A stretch of DNA of 56,150 nt, filler included, from Dugesia japonica (GCA_001938525.1; 5 parts of 5 records of this genome joined end to end with filler, not necessarily neighbours in it); one strand, 5' to 3'; counted from the whole stretch's first letter, positions 36,033 to 50,099 are shown. Notes: generated by a model not told the origin, from the sequence alone. Numbers and translations are program-made.

Positions 36033-37379
36033 TATGTTTAGTTCATTTTAACCGACTTAATTCATAAATCAAATAAATAATTAACTAAATCTTTCAAATT
36101 CTTTACAATAAACCAAATACATACATTCAACCATAATACACCTAATGCAACAAATGAGCACAAAATTTTAAATACTTATATAAACCAGGGAAGATAAATA
36201 TAAACCGGATCAGACATTTAAAAATCAAACAGGGCAAGATTTAAATATCAATAGGGTAAAATTCTAATATACTATCAAGGACAAATTTAAATAACTTAAT
36301 AGAGGGGGCATGTATTTCAAATATATATTTTAAAAATTTTTTATCCTATCTATTTAATATTATTGTGGCTTTATAATTTTCTAGGACTTTTAAATTTTGA
36401 ACTTATTATGAAATTTATTGTTTTTACTATAACTGGAAAAAATTAACTAATTATCTATTAAAATAAGTAAACATTAACCTAAAAATAAACCTAAATTAAA
36501 AATAGCTTAAGTTAAATAAATTAATTAAAAACGATAATATTAAAGAATCAAAATAAACCTATGTTAAATTCTTATAAAAATTTTTTTAATTCGATATTAA
36601 AATAAACCTAAGTAAAAATTAAATACCACCGGGAAAATTATTATAGTATTATATAATAAATATATTTAATTTGCTATTAGTTTTTGGAAATTTTTAAAAT
36701 GAATTTTTTATGTATAAGTAGTTATTTATTGTTGTATTTAAAATTATGTATGTATTATATGTTATGTCTAATTTATTAGTAACTATAATTTGTAACTTAT
36801 TATTTGTATAAAATTGTATACTATTTTAGAAAATTAAGTTTACATTAAATTACATTAGAATATTTAAACAAGAATTAATTTCTAAATAAATTTAAATAAT
36901 CTTAAAAAAAATAATGTGCGCAAATTTAAATTTTAAATAATTCGATTAAATTGAAAAATAATTAAAATTCAAAAATATTTTGTACTAGGCACACAAAAAC
37001 ATACTAACAAATGTTATAATCGCACATAAAATTTGCTAGCTGCCTAAAAACATGCGAAATTCCGAAACCACTTACGTAAGCGCACACAAAAATTCATTGC
37101 GATTTTTAAAATCTCTTTTGCACACTGGTTGGGGGGTAGGGGAAGGTAGTTTGGGGCATTCATATTTCCCTACTTTAACATCACGATCCAAAGTGGTTTG
37201 GATGGAGATCTTTTCAATTATTTCATCACTATTATTTGACAGTTGTAGAAGATTTAACTCATCCATGAAAAGATGTTTACATTTTGTGTAATACAAAAGC
37301 TTTTTAACTATTCTTTTTGCTTCGCGATTGGTGATTGTTTCTTTTCGCTTATTTCTTTAATCCCTCTGAAATATCTTCG

Positions 37380-39990
37380 ATATGTTCCATGGTCACTTCA
37401 TTTTAATCTCTAAACTTACTTTATAATCTTCTACAAAAATTGTCAAAACAGTTATTTCATCAAACGTAAAGAGGAATATTTTCTTTGAAATCAAACTGAT
37501 GAGTCATAAATGCCGGTCTTTTGCATTAAAATATCTAGTTCTTTTTCATCATCTTCTCAACATAAAATTTTATTTGGATATAAATCTGCCTTCTCATCAT
37601 CCTCTAGAAATCTGCAATTTTTAAAACATTTCTGAATTGTTCCAGTATTACAAGACTCCAGAAGTTTGCTAAAACCTTTATAACATCCAGAATATTAATA
37701 TTTTTTACGAGATCTTGAATGAAAATTTCAACTTCTAAACATGTCAATAAATAAAGAATTTGAAAGTTTCTTGCACGAGCTTTAAGGCTTCTAAAAATAC
37801 TATCATATAGCGGTTACGAAATTCCGGTGAAGTTTGAAGTGAAAAAACGACTTTAACAAAAGAAAGTTTTGTGTTTTGATCAAAAAATGTGTAATAAAAA
37901 GTAATAATTTTCTATTTTCTATGAAAATCGTTTTCAAGAACAGTTAAATATAGATTGAAAATTGTTGTTATCATCCAGGCTTTAGTGTTGATTTTTTATT
38001 CAACATCCTAGTTTTGAAGATTAATATTAGGTGTGTGCAGTAATTTTAAATGATAAGAAATGGATGGTTTAAAAAGTACTATTATATAATATGTTACAAC
38101 ATTTTCCATCATCTCATCAAATAATCAATAGATAAATATCATTTTTAATATGTTTCATTTTAAGAGTACTAAAAATGGTTTTTTATTTTTAAAATATAAA
38201 ATGTCTGCATTTATCCCAACAAAACACCATTTGCGGGAAGCTATGCTTTTTTGCTATAATTGGAAAAAACGTCCTGGCGAATGTAAAGAATAGATATCAA
38301 AAGCCTATAGGGAATGTAGCCCTTCGATTTCAACTTGTGGGTTCTGGTTTCGTCGCTTCAAAAGTGGTGATTTTGACATCAATGGCAAACAACGTCCCGA
38401 CCAACCAAAACAAATTGATGATATGGAACTGGAAGCTTTAGTCGATGAAGACTCAACTGCAACGTAAGAATTGTTTGCAGAAACATTAAATGTTGATAGA
38501 TCAACAATTTTTAGACGTTTGAAAGCCATCTGAATGATTCAAAAGTAATGAAAGTGGGTCCCTTATGAATTAAAATCGATTTACATTGACAGATGCAAAA
38601 TTACTTGTGAATTGTTGCTTAAAAGACACAAAAGAAAAAGCTTTATACATCGTATCATTACTGGTGATGAAAATAGATACGATTCGAAAATCAAAAGCGC
38701 AAAAAATCATGGTACAAGTCAGTCGAATCATCAAAATCTTTTACAAAGTCAAATATTCATGGTTTTAAACTGATGCTCTGCATTTGATAGGACCATATGA
38801 ACTGCTCAAACCCAATGAAATCATTATTGTAAAAGTCTACAAACAACAACTAAAGCAATTGAGTCGAGCTTTAAAGAAAAACGGTCCGAATAAAAAAAAC
38901 ACGACAAAGTTATTTTACAGCACGGGAACTCTCGCTCCCATTTGGAAAAAAGTGTCAAGAACACTCTAGAAGAACTTAAAGGGGAAGTCCTGCCACACCC
39001 CCTTATTTTCCAGATATTTCTCCTTTCGAATTTTACATTTTTCGATCGATGAGCCTTACTTCAAATTCTATGAGGATATCAAAGAATGAGTGGATCTATG
39101 GATAGCATCAAAAAGTGCTTCTGTCTTTTGACGTTGAATCAGCCTTTTATCAAATTGATTAGAAACGTTTTGGCTAGTAATGGACAATATTTTGAATGAT
39201 ATATTTGTATTCATATTTTATAATAAAGAGGTGCTTATCTACTTTTTTCATACCATGAAATCTTTATAAAAACATTTAAAATTAATGCACATACCTAATA
39301 TTTTAAGGTATCTGAGATTTCTCGATTTTCCGATAATGAGTGATGGCAATTTAATTCTAGAAGCAGAACAAGTAAGTAATATTAAGAGTCTTTCTTCAGT
39401 CAATTTTCCACCTATTCATATTTTATTCATATGACTGAGTTTTATCTTCCAATGGCTTGTAAAAATACCCAATTTCGTCAGCATTGAAAATATCACAGCT
39501 GTTATATCCTTCTGTGATAGCGCTTAAATTTATTTCTCTCTACAGCTATATTCTGTTTATATCCAAATGTTTCAGAAAATACTCGATAAGATTTTACATT
39601 ATATCGGCTTTTCCATTTTGTGAGCCATACATCAGAAGCAACAAAAGATGATTCTTAAATTTCCAATTCTCTCGATATTAGTAAAACCTTTTCTTTAAGA
39701 ATAGGCCACTAATACTGAAACCATATTCTCGCGCAACATAAAACCATCGGTACAAGATTATATTTATTTTTTCCTGTTTGCTCAAACTATATTTTTTTAC
39801 TGTTAAGTTCTTCATTTCCATATTCTAAATTCGTTTCCAGTTTTATGCACTGTTGAAATGTCCCTTTTGAGGCATTAAAAGAAGATACAGCTTTTCTAAT
39901 TGAGAATCCTTATTTAAGTTTCTTGATAATCTCTATTTTAATATTAATACTGATGGATTTTCTCTGTTTTGAATTTTTATTGTCCGTTTG
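37380..39990 (-). mobile_element. Decayed pogo/Tigger transposase interrupted by a mariner
   Basis: KQRKSISINIKIEIIKKL (psq HTH), FVASDVWLTKWKSRYN, DIFNADEIG and LIIGKSRNLRYLKN; resumes as NTKAWMITTIF on the other side of the mariner. Confidence 0.85.
38025..39300 (+). mobile_element. Full-length (about 1.28 kb) Mos1-like mariner with inactivated transposase (38201-39199)
   Basis: TA-TTAGGTGTGTGCAGTAATTTTAA / TTAAAATTAATGCACATACCTAA-TA TIRs; WFRRFKSGDFD, WVPYELK, IITGDE and NGQYFE*; multiple stops. Confidence 0.93.
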
Positions 39991-41351
39991 GGAGTAAAAC
40001 ATAAAAATAAGGAGTTGATAATGTTATGAATATTAATTATTTTTAATTATTTATTTATTATGATTAAAAATTTATTAACATGATTGTTATTTTAAATAAT
40101 TCTTTTAATATCAATGACAATTAACATATCTTTTCGTTGGTTAAATATGCAATTATGATTTTAAGTACTTATAAAATTTTTTAATTCTAATACGATATCA
40201 TGTACAATTATCAAATTAAAAAACCTTTAGCATCCAATGATGTTAACACAGTCAAAAATAAAAAAATTGATGTACTTTTTAAGAGTGTACTTTATATGTA
40301 GCTTAGATAACAATAATTTAAATAGAAAGAAGATATAAACCAATATTATTTTATTATTATTTTTTTTAACATAAAATATTTAATTAATATGCGAAAGTTT
40401 CTATCATGCACTACGTAATAACTTTTAAATTCATATTGCGCCTTTATTGGCGAAAAGGTGAGAGACCCTTGATTTGAGATTTTTCCAAAAAATTATTATT
40501 ACTTTCAATTTTTTAGATCATTTTATAGAAATTACAAAATTTATGAAACTCTCAATGTATTGACACCGAAACATCAAAAAGTGAGTATTAATAATGTGTT
40601 GATTTAAACTAAAATAAAGAGAAAATTTGGCTTTTAGAAATCTATTAATTAAGCCAATTAAGCGGCGATTACCTTTATAAATATATTGTTGCGTAGATAT
40701 TTTGTATTCAGTTTAATTAAAGCTTATTCTGAGGGCGTCCGTAATTTTTGAATTTATTTTTAATTTTCAATCTAAAAATGAGAATGTTTTATAATTTTTT
40801 TTAATTATTATTATCAATTATTATTACTTTATTATTATTTATTATTATTATTATTTATTATTACTATTATAATTGTTGGGTATTTAAAATCAACAAAGAG
40901 ATTTCATGGTTTGTATTTGATACTATTAACAAAATGGATTATTGGTTTATGATTTTACTGGTGTATTTTACATAATTACGAATATTTTCCATTAATAATT
41001 TACTTACAAAATTTTATTTATCCATAAAACTTTTAAAAATTTCCATAAATAAATACATATCATTCCAATGGTTTATAAAGATTTACTGTTTATAATAAAA
41101 TTTTGACAGATTAACCTTTATAATGAAGTTCATAATAAAATAGTGAATTAAATAATAAAGTAAAATCACTAATTTTGTACAACCAAAAATAAAATAATAA
41201 ATGAAATTATAAAGTAAAATCACTGATAAAAATTCTTTGTTATTTATCATAATAGAATATAGTCAAAAATGTCCATTGCTTGGAATTGATATTGTTGAGT
41301 AGTAACTGGCTGGATCTTTGGTTGTTGATTGATAACTTGAAGATAACCTTT

Positions 41352-41451
41352 NNNNNNNNNNNNNNNNNNNNNNNNNNNNNNNNNNNNNNNNNNNNTTAAT
41401 TAATTAANNNNNNNNNNNNNNNNNNNNNNNNNNNNNNNNNNNNNNNNNNNN
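41352..41451. other. Artificial assembly linker N44-TTAATTAATTAA-N44
   Basis: Exact 100-nt structure. Confidence 0.95.
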
Positions 41452-41708
41452 GCGGGGTTTTACCAGGTCAATTACCCTAGACAAAATTTCATATAAAGTT
41501 TGACCCCCCGAGATTTAATCATATAGTAAATCAACCCACCTAGNNNNNNNNNNNNNNNNNNNNNNNNNNNNNNNNNNNNNNNNNNNNNNNNNNNNNNNNN
41601 NNNNNNNNNNNNNNNNNNNNNNNNNNNNNNNNNNNNNNNNNNNNNNNNNNNNNNNNNNNNNNNNNNNNNNNNNNNNNNNNNNNNNNNNNNNNNNNNNNNN
41701 NNNNNNNN

Positions 41709-41752
<44 letters not shown>
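41709..41752. repeat. (AAT)n microsatellite
   Basis: Direct reading. Confidence 0.9.
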
Positions 41753-41753
<1 letters not shown>

Positions 41754-41993
41754 CGTTATACTTTTATTCAATAACTTTTCAAGTTTTCCTTAATTAATCA
41801 AGGAAAATAAATAAAATTTTAATTATTTTTACCAAATACTAATACTTGTTTACTAAAATTCACTTTTTTATTTAACAACTGACATTTTTATTTATTTATT
41901 TCTAGATATTTTCATAAATCAAATTTTAATATCCATCAAGCGCAATAATGGACATATAATTTTTTTTCTCTTTTTAATAGATGAAATTTTAAC

Positions 41994-42698
41994 ATGATTT
42001 GCCATAGAAACCATTTGAAAATAAATTCAACGCTGAATTTTTTTGTTTTATTAATTTTCAATAATCTGTCATTGTTATTGGCCATTAATGAGAAATTTCT
42101 TTCACTTGATTCAATTAAAAATCCATCAATTCGTGATAAAATAATCGTTCAAATTCTTCAACATTACAAAAAACACGAACGACCGACAGAAGAGTTATTG
42201 AAACCGACAAAAGTATTTGTTAATGTTCATATTCTTGCCATAAATTCAGTCGATGTAATTAATATGGCGTATAATGCTGATTTCTATTTACGACAAGAAT
42301 GGACTGATCTTCGACTGGCTTGGTTTCATCATGATGCATTTCAAAATTTCTCTAGGCCTATTTCAATGTCATCAATGGTTAATAAATTATGGTTGCCAGA
42401 TTTATTTTTCAGAAATGGTAAAGAGGGTTTTATGTATAAAATGACAATGCCTAATTTTCTTTTACGACTCAAACCGAATGGAGAAATTTTATACAGTCAA
42501 AAAATCACCATGAGATTTTCTTGTCAAATGCATTTGAGTAATTTTCCAATGGATAGTCAGCAATGCGACATTAATATTGGTAGTTATGGCTATACTTTAG
42601 ATGACCTTGAATTTCAATGGAAAATAAATGAATCAGTCACTCAAGCGAAAGATATTCAAATTTCAGAATTTTATACTCCCATTGAAGTAACAACGTTG
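41994..42698 (+). CDS. Cys-loop ligand-gated chloride channel subunit (GluCl/glycine-receptor-like), first coding exon: signal peptide plus ligand-binding domain
   Basis: Hydrophobic N-terminus, FYLRQEWTDLRL, LWLPDLFFRNGK, Cys-loop CQMHLSNFPMDSQQC, and SYGYT. Donor ttg|gtaag. Confidence 0.93.
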
Positions 42699-42873
42699 GT
42701 AAGATAAAACTCTTTTTATTCATTATTAATTTTTTGATAAATAGTTATTGAAAATAGTTATTAGTTATAATCGAAATTTGTTAAAAACGTAAACATTTAT
42801 ATTGTGAAATTTTTATTGTTAATCAAGAATTTTTCATTTGTTGGAAAGATTTCTACCTGCGGATTTACTATAG

Positions 42874-43297
42874 CAGGGGCGGCAAACAAGTCGATCGCGC
42901 CAAAGCCGTCGGGTTACGAGTGAAATAGGTTAAGTCCCTAAGTTGTATCATTATTGAAAAATAATATTGCGCAATATTATTAGCTAGTAACGCGCAATCC
43001 GCCAACAGTATACATGCAGTTATGGAGCAAAAGGCATTAGAAAGTGAAATTATAACTTTACAAATTGATTTAATCTTACAAACCAGAAAATTTGAAGAAT
43101 ATGTTTGGAAATACGTTAACCGAGAGAAATATCCTAATATCACCAAATGTAGCGAATGTATGTATTCTTGTTTCGGATCAACATACCTTTGTGAATTAGC
43201 ATTTTCGTATTTAAAGTTAACGAAGACACCAACAATGTCCTGCTCTCACCGATTCCCATAATGAGGATCTTATGTCCACAAAAGTTGGCCGCCCCTG
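42874..43297 (+). mobile_element. Non-autonomous hAT (Charlie/Buster/SPIN-like) deletion derivative
   Basis: TIR CAGGGGCGGCAAAC/GTTGGCCGCCCCTG with a perfect 8-bp TSD TACTATAG; carries KYPNI...FGSTYLCELAFSYLK. Confidence 0.93.
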
Positions 43298-44477
43298 TAC
43301 TATAGTATTTATGGAATTGTAAAATCTTCTGGCAATCATTTTTGTAATTTTAATTTTAGTTTTAGTAATAATTTTTACATAGAATTTTCTGAAATCATTA
43401 GTAGAACAATTTTATAATTTGATTTATTAATTGTACATTTCCTGTTCATTGTTTTATAAGTTGGTTTTATAATTCGGAATTTGAAAATAGCAATTTGGAA
43501 GATATTTATTGTTAATTTATTGAATAAATATTTGGTATCANTTCGATTGTTTTTGTGACTTATCATTATGTTGAAAGTTGATTGTTAATTCAAAGTCATG
43601 CTTACATCTTATCTATATCACTAATACCACAGTAAAAATATACCACATTTTTTCTTATTTTCATTACATCATCTGCAAAGGTATTGAGAAACCAATTAAT
43701 GATCATGGTACCTGAGATGTGTATATCACGTCATTTTATTGGTGGAAATCTTTTAGTAAAAATCATATTATAAAATTATCAATAAAATAGAAATATAATA
43801 CAAATGAGAAGTTCGATAACCTAAATTAAGATTTTGCCCTGGTTTCATCCATTGGCCTCAGTGTTATTATTGTTCAATCTTTCAACTAATGAAAGTCTTT
43901 AATGCAAATATGACTCACGATTATAGTGTTTTATTACTTTTAGTAAATGAAATTCGTCCAAAAGAAATTCTAATCAAAATGTTATTCATTAAAACAATTT
44001 AAATATCTTCAAAACTTTTCGTGATTTTTATAACTTCCCTTGCCATTTTGCAATTTTTGTCTGTTAAATAATAATTTCAACAAATTATTATTTTATCCAA
44101 ATTAATTTTCTAAAACAAGTTTCAATAAATTATTTTATTTAAAAATTAATAAGTTCAAAATAATTTAAAATCTACTATCCAAAATTTTAAATTAAAACTT
44201 TTAATTTATTAAAAATTTAAACAAATATTTATTTCAAAACAAACATTTAGATTAAAAAAACTTTTAATACTCAATACAATTTGAAATTTTAAAAAATATT
44301 ATTCTTTATCTTAAAAAAATAATAAATAAAAGAACACCATTCAATAAAATATTTGCACTTTGAGGAAATAATCATCATCATGAGGCAACTAAAAATCCTT
44401 AAAACACTTTTTATAAAGTTAGGATGATTACGTAACTTCAAGTATTCAATCTCAGAAAATAACCAATAAAATACTTT

Positions 44478-44620
44478 TAAGAGCGATGTAGAATCGGTCA
44501 TTTGAACATTAATTTTAGTATTTAATGCTCCATCAACAAAGTTTCATACATCACTATCTCCTAATAATTATTAAATCCACTGCACAGGATCTTAAAATCA
44601 GGAAACCCTATTGGATTTAT
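44478..44620 (-). mobile_element. Penelope-like element 3' ORF end fragment
   Basis: Diverged copy of 46272-46410, ending LNTKINVQMTDSTSLL. Confidence 0.6.
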
Positions 44621-44999
44621 ATATTTTCTTCAATGCTCAACCATATTACTATATCCAATTTTTCGACTGTGCTTTTGGACTCTGGTGCAGAGATGACGAG
44701 AATTCTCTTCGATATATGTGGCGCTACACTCATTTAATTACACCTGTTAAATTAATAGACCAGATCAGAGCACAAGCTTAAATAGGTTATAGATTTATTA
44801 TTAAAAATAATTATAACCTTATGNNNNNNNNNNNNNNNNNNNNNNNNNNNNNNNNNNNNNNNNNNNNNNNNNNNNNNNNNNNNNNNNNNNNNNNNNNAAG
44901 ATAAAACAATTTTAGGATTTGTTTCTACAACCTCAGCACCAGACAAATTACTATTTAATTTATAAAAAAATTCATAGACTAATTTGTCTGTTAACAATT

Positions 45000-45440
45000 T
45001 AGAATATCCAATTATTAAGAAAAGTAATTCACACCGGTATCAGTTTGCTTTCTTTAGATTTCTGTTTTAAAGAAGGTATTCTTTTTTTCAATAAGTATAT
45101 CAAGAAACTGAATAATTGAATTGAACTCCTTTTCAACCGTAAATCCTATATTTGTATGCAAGGTATTAATATTCTTCAAAAATCGGATGTACTTTGGAAA
45201 GATTTTTATGAACAAGAAAAATTTCACCAACAGCATTTATAAATCAAAGCTTTAACGGAAGAATAATCACTACTCCAACTTTCCAATTTAGACACGAAAA
45301 TCGAAGCTAATGATGGAGCTAATGGGGATAAATCCTATAAAACCGTTAAATGATTATTTAAACTTGAGAAGTTTTTTCTTTTTAACAAACTTTGTCTTTT
45401 TTATTATTTGTATTATAATTTTCATCAAAAACAATATCAA
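45000..45440 (-). mobile_element. Penelope-like reverse transcriptase fragment
   Basis: FLKNINTLHTNIGFTVEKEFNSIIQFLDILI...TEI*RKQTDTG, the PLE RT C-terminal motifs. Confidence 0.8.
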
Positions 45441-46139
45441 TGAACAATTCACATAAAAGTACCGCCAAAATTTAAAAAATCTTTTGCACAAATTTTTCAT
45501 TTTTATTATAAATTTATATTGTTAAAATCAATTATTAAATTTCAAAACGTTATTTAAATTATCTTATGATACAAAATGAAATCTAAGTGTATATTAATAA
45601 AGAAAATCCGGCAGTGACCTTTAACAATGCAATTAATTGACAAGATTTTTTTTCACAATTTCAAAGTTATAAATAAGAATTCAATGCGCCACTTTCATTG
45701 TTTTGTTATTCAAAGAAATATCTTGGAAAAATTTATTGATCAAATTTTGAAAAGAGACTTTTTTTAAAACTAACAAAGATAATATAAATTTATTATACAC
45801 TGATAAATACATTAAAATTATTTGCATTTTAATTTCAATCTTTTATTGACTGAAATTATATTCAACAATTTCAAAAAATATTTACTGCTAGAAATATATT
45901 TATATTGGTAGCAAATTTTAAATGTTGAACTGAAAATTTAACAAAAATAATGCAAACAATGGAATAAACTCACCAAGTGGGAGGAAAGAAACGATGTAAA
46001 ATCGAAAAAATCATGAAGAAAAACAGTAAAAATTAAAATAAAGCATAATATATAAAACAATACATTGCCAACTTTTTCATAAATATAAAAGTACACAATT
46101 TTTTCAGCTTTTAACATAAACTAACAAAATATTTATTTG

Positions 46140-46180
46140 CTGCAATTAATTTCAACAGTATAACTGTCATCATCAGACAA
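46140..46180 (-). ncRNA. Minimal type-I hammerhead ribozyme motif in PLE 3' region
   Basis: UUGU-CUGAUGA-U-GACAG UUAUA CUGUU-GAA-AUUAAU-U-GCAG. Confidence 0.6.
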
Positions 46181-46540
46181 TTAATGATTATTAAAACAAA
46201 CTACTTTAAAAGTTTAAATGATTGTATTATTTCCATTGTGCAATTTAAATAAATAATCAATAAAATAATGTTAAGAGCGATGTTGAATCCGTCAACTGAA
46301 TATTAATTTTAGGATTTAAAGCTCTTATCAACAAAGCTTCATGCATCACTCTCCCAATAATTATTAATTCAACTTCACAAGATTTCAAAATCAGACAACA
46401 CTATTGAATTGGTTCATTTTCTTTGACACTATAAATTCAATAGTGTTGTCTGATTTTGTAATCTTGCGCAGTAGATTTAATAATTTTTTGGGTGAGAGTG
46501 ATATGTAAAGCTTTGTGGATAAGAGTATTAGATCTTAAGT
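46140..46540 (-). mobile_element. Penelope-like 3' end/pseudo-LTR with inverted partial copy
   Basis: HEALLIRALNPKINIQL (GIY-YIG C-terminus); 46310-46410 and 46434-46538 are inverted copies; a hammerhead lies downstream of the ORF end. Confidence 0.75.
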
Positions 46541-46680
46541 GGACAGCAAGCTCCTCAAAAGAAAGTAAAATATCGTGAAATTGAAGCAAAATTGTTACGT
46601 ATCGTTAGTCATTGAGATACAGGTGTAAATATTTGTGATTATTTAAGATCAATGGGACATAATCTAACATTAAATTTGTT
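46541..46680 (+). mobile_element. MULE transposase C-terminal remnant
   Basis: KKVKYREIEAKLLRIV...DYLRSMGHNL resembles the typical YLxxIAHN end of animal MULE transposases. Confidence 0.5.
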
Positions 46681-46764
46681 TTTTTTATTTGAATTTCATG
46701 TGAAAAAACATTTGTACGTAAATTAGTAAAAAAATAATATATTTTCGTCGAACTCGTCAGTTAC

Positions 46765-47025
46765 TGACTTAACACCTTCCGATTTTCATTTATTTAGACA
46801 ACTGAAGAATTCTCTAACTACGAAAAAGTTCAAAATCCCAGAGGCCTGCAAAAACCACTTGAAATAATTTCTAGTGCAAAAAATGAAAAATTCTGGGAAT
46901 ATGGCTTCATAAAATTTCTTCAAAGATGGCGAAAAATAGTGCATATTTGATACATTAAATATATGTATATTGGTTTAAATATGTTTGACTTTCAATTAAA
47001 AAACTACAATTTTATTAAATCTAAC
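46765..47025 (+). mobile_element. Mariner 3' fragment
   Basis: DLTPSDFHLFRQLKNSL ... FWEYGFIKFLQRWRKIV. Confidence 0.8.
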
Positions 47026-47169
47026 AAGTTTGAATTTGTACATAAATCATTGGTTTTGGTTCTACATATACAAATTGAAAACGTATAAAAAGAAATCCAT
47101 AATCATTTAGATAATTTAAAATAAAATATTAAACAAAAATTTTTGTAAATTACTGAAGTACATATTACC

Positions 47170-49900
47170 GAATCAATGAAAACTAATAATATAAATTCTT
47201 CATGCACTAAGTACAACTTTCTACAAAACTTTGTAACTTCTTCACGTAGTTAGGTTTGTCAAATGTTCTTATTTCATCTGTGTTAAATGGATTAGCTCTA
47301 ACACCATCCCAGCAAATTATATCTCCGAGAAAATTTGATTTACCTTAAAAGAAACTAACACTTTTCCTGATTAATACTTAAACCATCTATCATTACTTCC
47401 ATCAATACTCACTGTCAATTAATTCATAGTGTTGATCTTTATAGTTCGTTAATATCAGAATGCCATCTAGATATACTATAGATCTATTAATTCTGCCTAC
47501 CACCTTTGTCATCATCTCTTGAAATGCACTCGATGCCGCTGCGATGCCAAAAGGCTTTCTATTAAAACAGTATTGTGCGTGCTTCATTGAAAATACCGCT
47601 TGTTCTTGAGATTCCTCTTTGAGCTCTACTTAATAGTACGCATTTTCCAAATCAATTGAATTCCAACATTTTACTCTATTTAATTTATTCAACATTTCGT
47701 CGAAATTAGGCATCGAAAAGGCTTGTCTTTTCCTAACAGCATTCAATTGTCTGAAATCAATTTATATTATGTTCTTCTTTTCTTTTTTCCAAACACAAAT
47801 AAATGGAGTATTCTATTAAGAGTAGCTTTTTTNNNNNNNNNNNNNNNNNNNNNNNNNNNNNNNNNNNNNNNNNNNNNNNNNNNNNNNNNNNNNNNNNNNN
47901 NACGGTTTTACATTGATTGGTTTACCACTTGTGATTATTTTGTGTTTTGTTAAATGTGTGCTTCCTACATTCCATTTATCTGCCATGAATACATGTTCTT
48001 TAGTTCTAATTATTTTTAATAACAGTTGATCGTCTTTAATTTTTAAAGTATTTAAGGTTCTTCTCAATCGTTCTCCATTTTTAATTTGTCTCCAGAATTT
48101 TTCTTCAATATTACAAATGCAATTTTCGAATTTTTAAAATCTATTTTGTNNNNNNNNNNNNNNNNNNNNNNNNNNNNNNNNNNNNNNNNNNNNNNNNNNN
48201 NNNNNNNNNNNNNNNNNNNNNNNNNNNNNNNNNNNNNNNNNNNNNNNNNNNNNNNNNNNNNNNNNNNNNNNNNNNNNNNNNNNNNNNNNNNNCATCTCAA
48301 GTATACTACCGTTTCAAAAACTCAATCTTTCATTGCTTATTTCTAAATGTATTTCTCGTTATTTATTAAAATGGTACTAGAACAAAATGTTCCAGGTCAA
48401 AGTTTTCCGGCCAAACTGTTCTAGGTCAGAATGTCCCAGGTCAAAATGCTCAGATCTTTTATTTTCAAGCCTGTTTTTTTAGTGTTGTCTGTTGTGTGGA
48501 CATGGCGGAAGGATGTAAACTGTGGACCATTCGGTAAGTACCGACAGACTTAGCGGCAGTTTTTATTGTTATTTTATTTAAGATTTATATTTCTGGTACA
48601 TTTTAAGCTGGGACATTTTGTCCGTGAAATTTTGTCTGGTTAACATTAAAACAACTCGAACGTTAATTCGAGCTTCTTTATCATAAAAAAATTCAATTTT
48701 ATTTCGTTGAATTAATACCGTTACACTTAGTCTACCTTGCAATTTATGGTACCAAATATTTATTCTCTGTTCTGCTTCAATTGTTTCAATCCGTTCTATT
48801 TTTCCATCATCTTATAAATTTTCCACTTTTAGAATTTGTATACGTTTTCAGTAACTTTTTAGATTCCATCCCACCTTTTGACCTCTTGAGGATAATCAAT
48901 CAATTCATTTATTAAAACATGGCTTTAACCAGTTCTTCTAATGGTAGAGCTCTGTCTTTTATATTCATAGTTTCCATTGATGGTTTGATCAGTAATCGCA
49001 TGTATTCGATTATATCGGTTTCTTGGCTCTTCAGTAGTCACAAATTTTAGTTGTTCTTTTCTTATTTAAATTGGTGTTGCACTCTACTGCCCTATGTCAA
49101 TCGTTTCCACGTAGTTTACACCTCACCTCTTGACATCACCGTCTAGTATGATGTGCCTTTTCGCAACCAAAACATTATGTTCGCTTTCTATCTGGGTAAA
49201 CTCAGCTTATATATCCTTTTCTATATGAAAAGTTCAACACTCTACTAATATTTTTGTCAGACAATTTGCTAATGTATGGTCAATCTTATGGCATAACAAA
49301 CATTCAATATTTCGTTTTTCCTTTCTTTGATCTGTATGTCTACTCACTGTATGATTTACAGGTTTCGGATAATTTCGATTTCTAACTCTCAAGTAACTTT
49401 TAACTGCATCAACTTGATCTCTGCTTTTCCTTATTTGATCCACTGAAGCCATGCTTTCTTTAATTTCCTCTATATTCTATCTTTTCTTTTTTTTCTAAAC
49501 AATAAGCTAATAACTTTGCTACCGTTTTTCCCAGTAAAATGTTAAATTGTAAATATTTTTTTTACTTAATCCTTTACATTCTTAAAATAAACTTAAATCT
49601 CTTCATTTCCATGCCTGAAGTTAATCAAATTTTGAAAATATTTGATAACATATTTCTTTTTCTCACATGCCAAACGTAAAGGAGCCTGAAACTCATCAAA
49701 CTATTTCAAAGTCTTCGTATATTTTTCAACAAATCATCATCTAACAAAAAAGAGACTAATGTCTTCTGTTGTTTCCTCTGAGTAATGATTCAATTCACAA
49801 AGCTTAATGAATTGTTCGATATAATCTCTTCTGTAGATCACATTTGGTAGAAACCTAAATGTGATATAATCTGTATTTACTTCTGCAAACATGTTAAGTA
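47170..49900 (-). mobile_element. Decayed Gypsy gag-pol (intronic, antisense)
   Basis: Zinc knuckle CLLCHKIDHTLANC and RT PFGIAAASSAFQ...VYLDGILI; same family as 51203-54105. Confidence 0.85.
48373..48644. mobile_element. MULE-type MITE with 15-bp subterminal tandem repeats, nested in Gypsy
   Basis: GGTCAAAATGTTCCA-like units on the left and inverted GGACATTTTGTCC-like units on the right. Confidence 0.65.
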
Positions 49901-50099
49901 AATCTTTAAATGATCATTTATTTTTCAATTCACAAATATTAATTTCAGACATTTTATTTCTCAATTTTCAAAAATATCTAATTCAAATAAATATAGGGTA
50001 AATATATTGTATCAAATTTATTAATATTAAAATTTTATTGGATGAAATTATTCATAATTATTTCCTTATAATATTAATAATAATTATAAAAAATTTCAG

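Noticed and set aside
37129-37157. G-rich tract as a functional G-quadruplex, and ORFs 37052 and 37072
   Set aside because: One G-run is only 2 nt and the tract lies among TE debris; the ORFs have no recognisable motifs.
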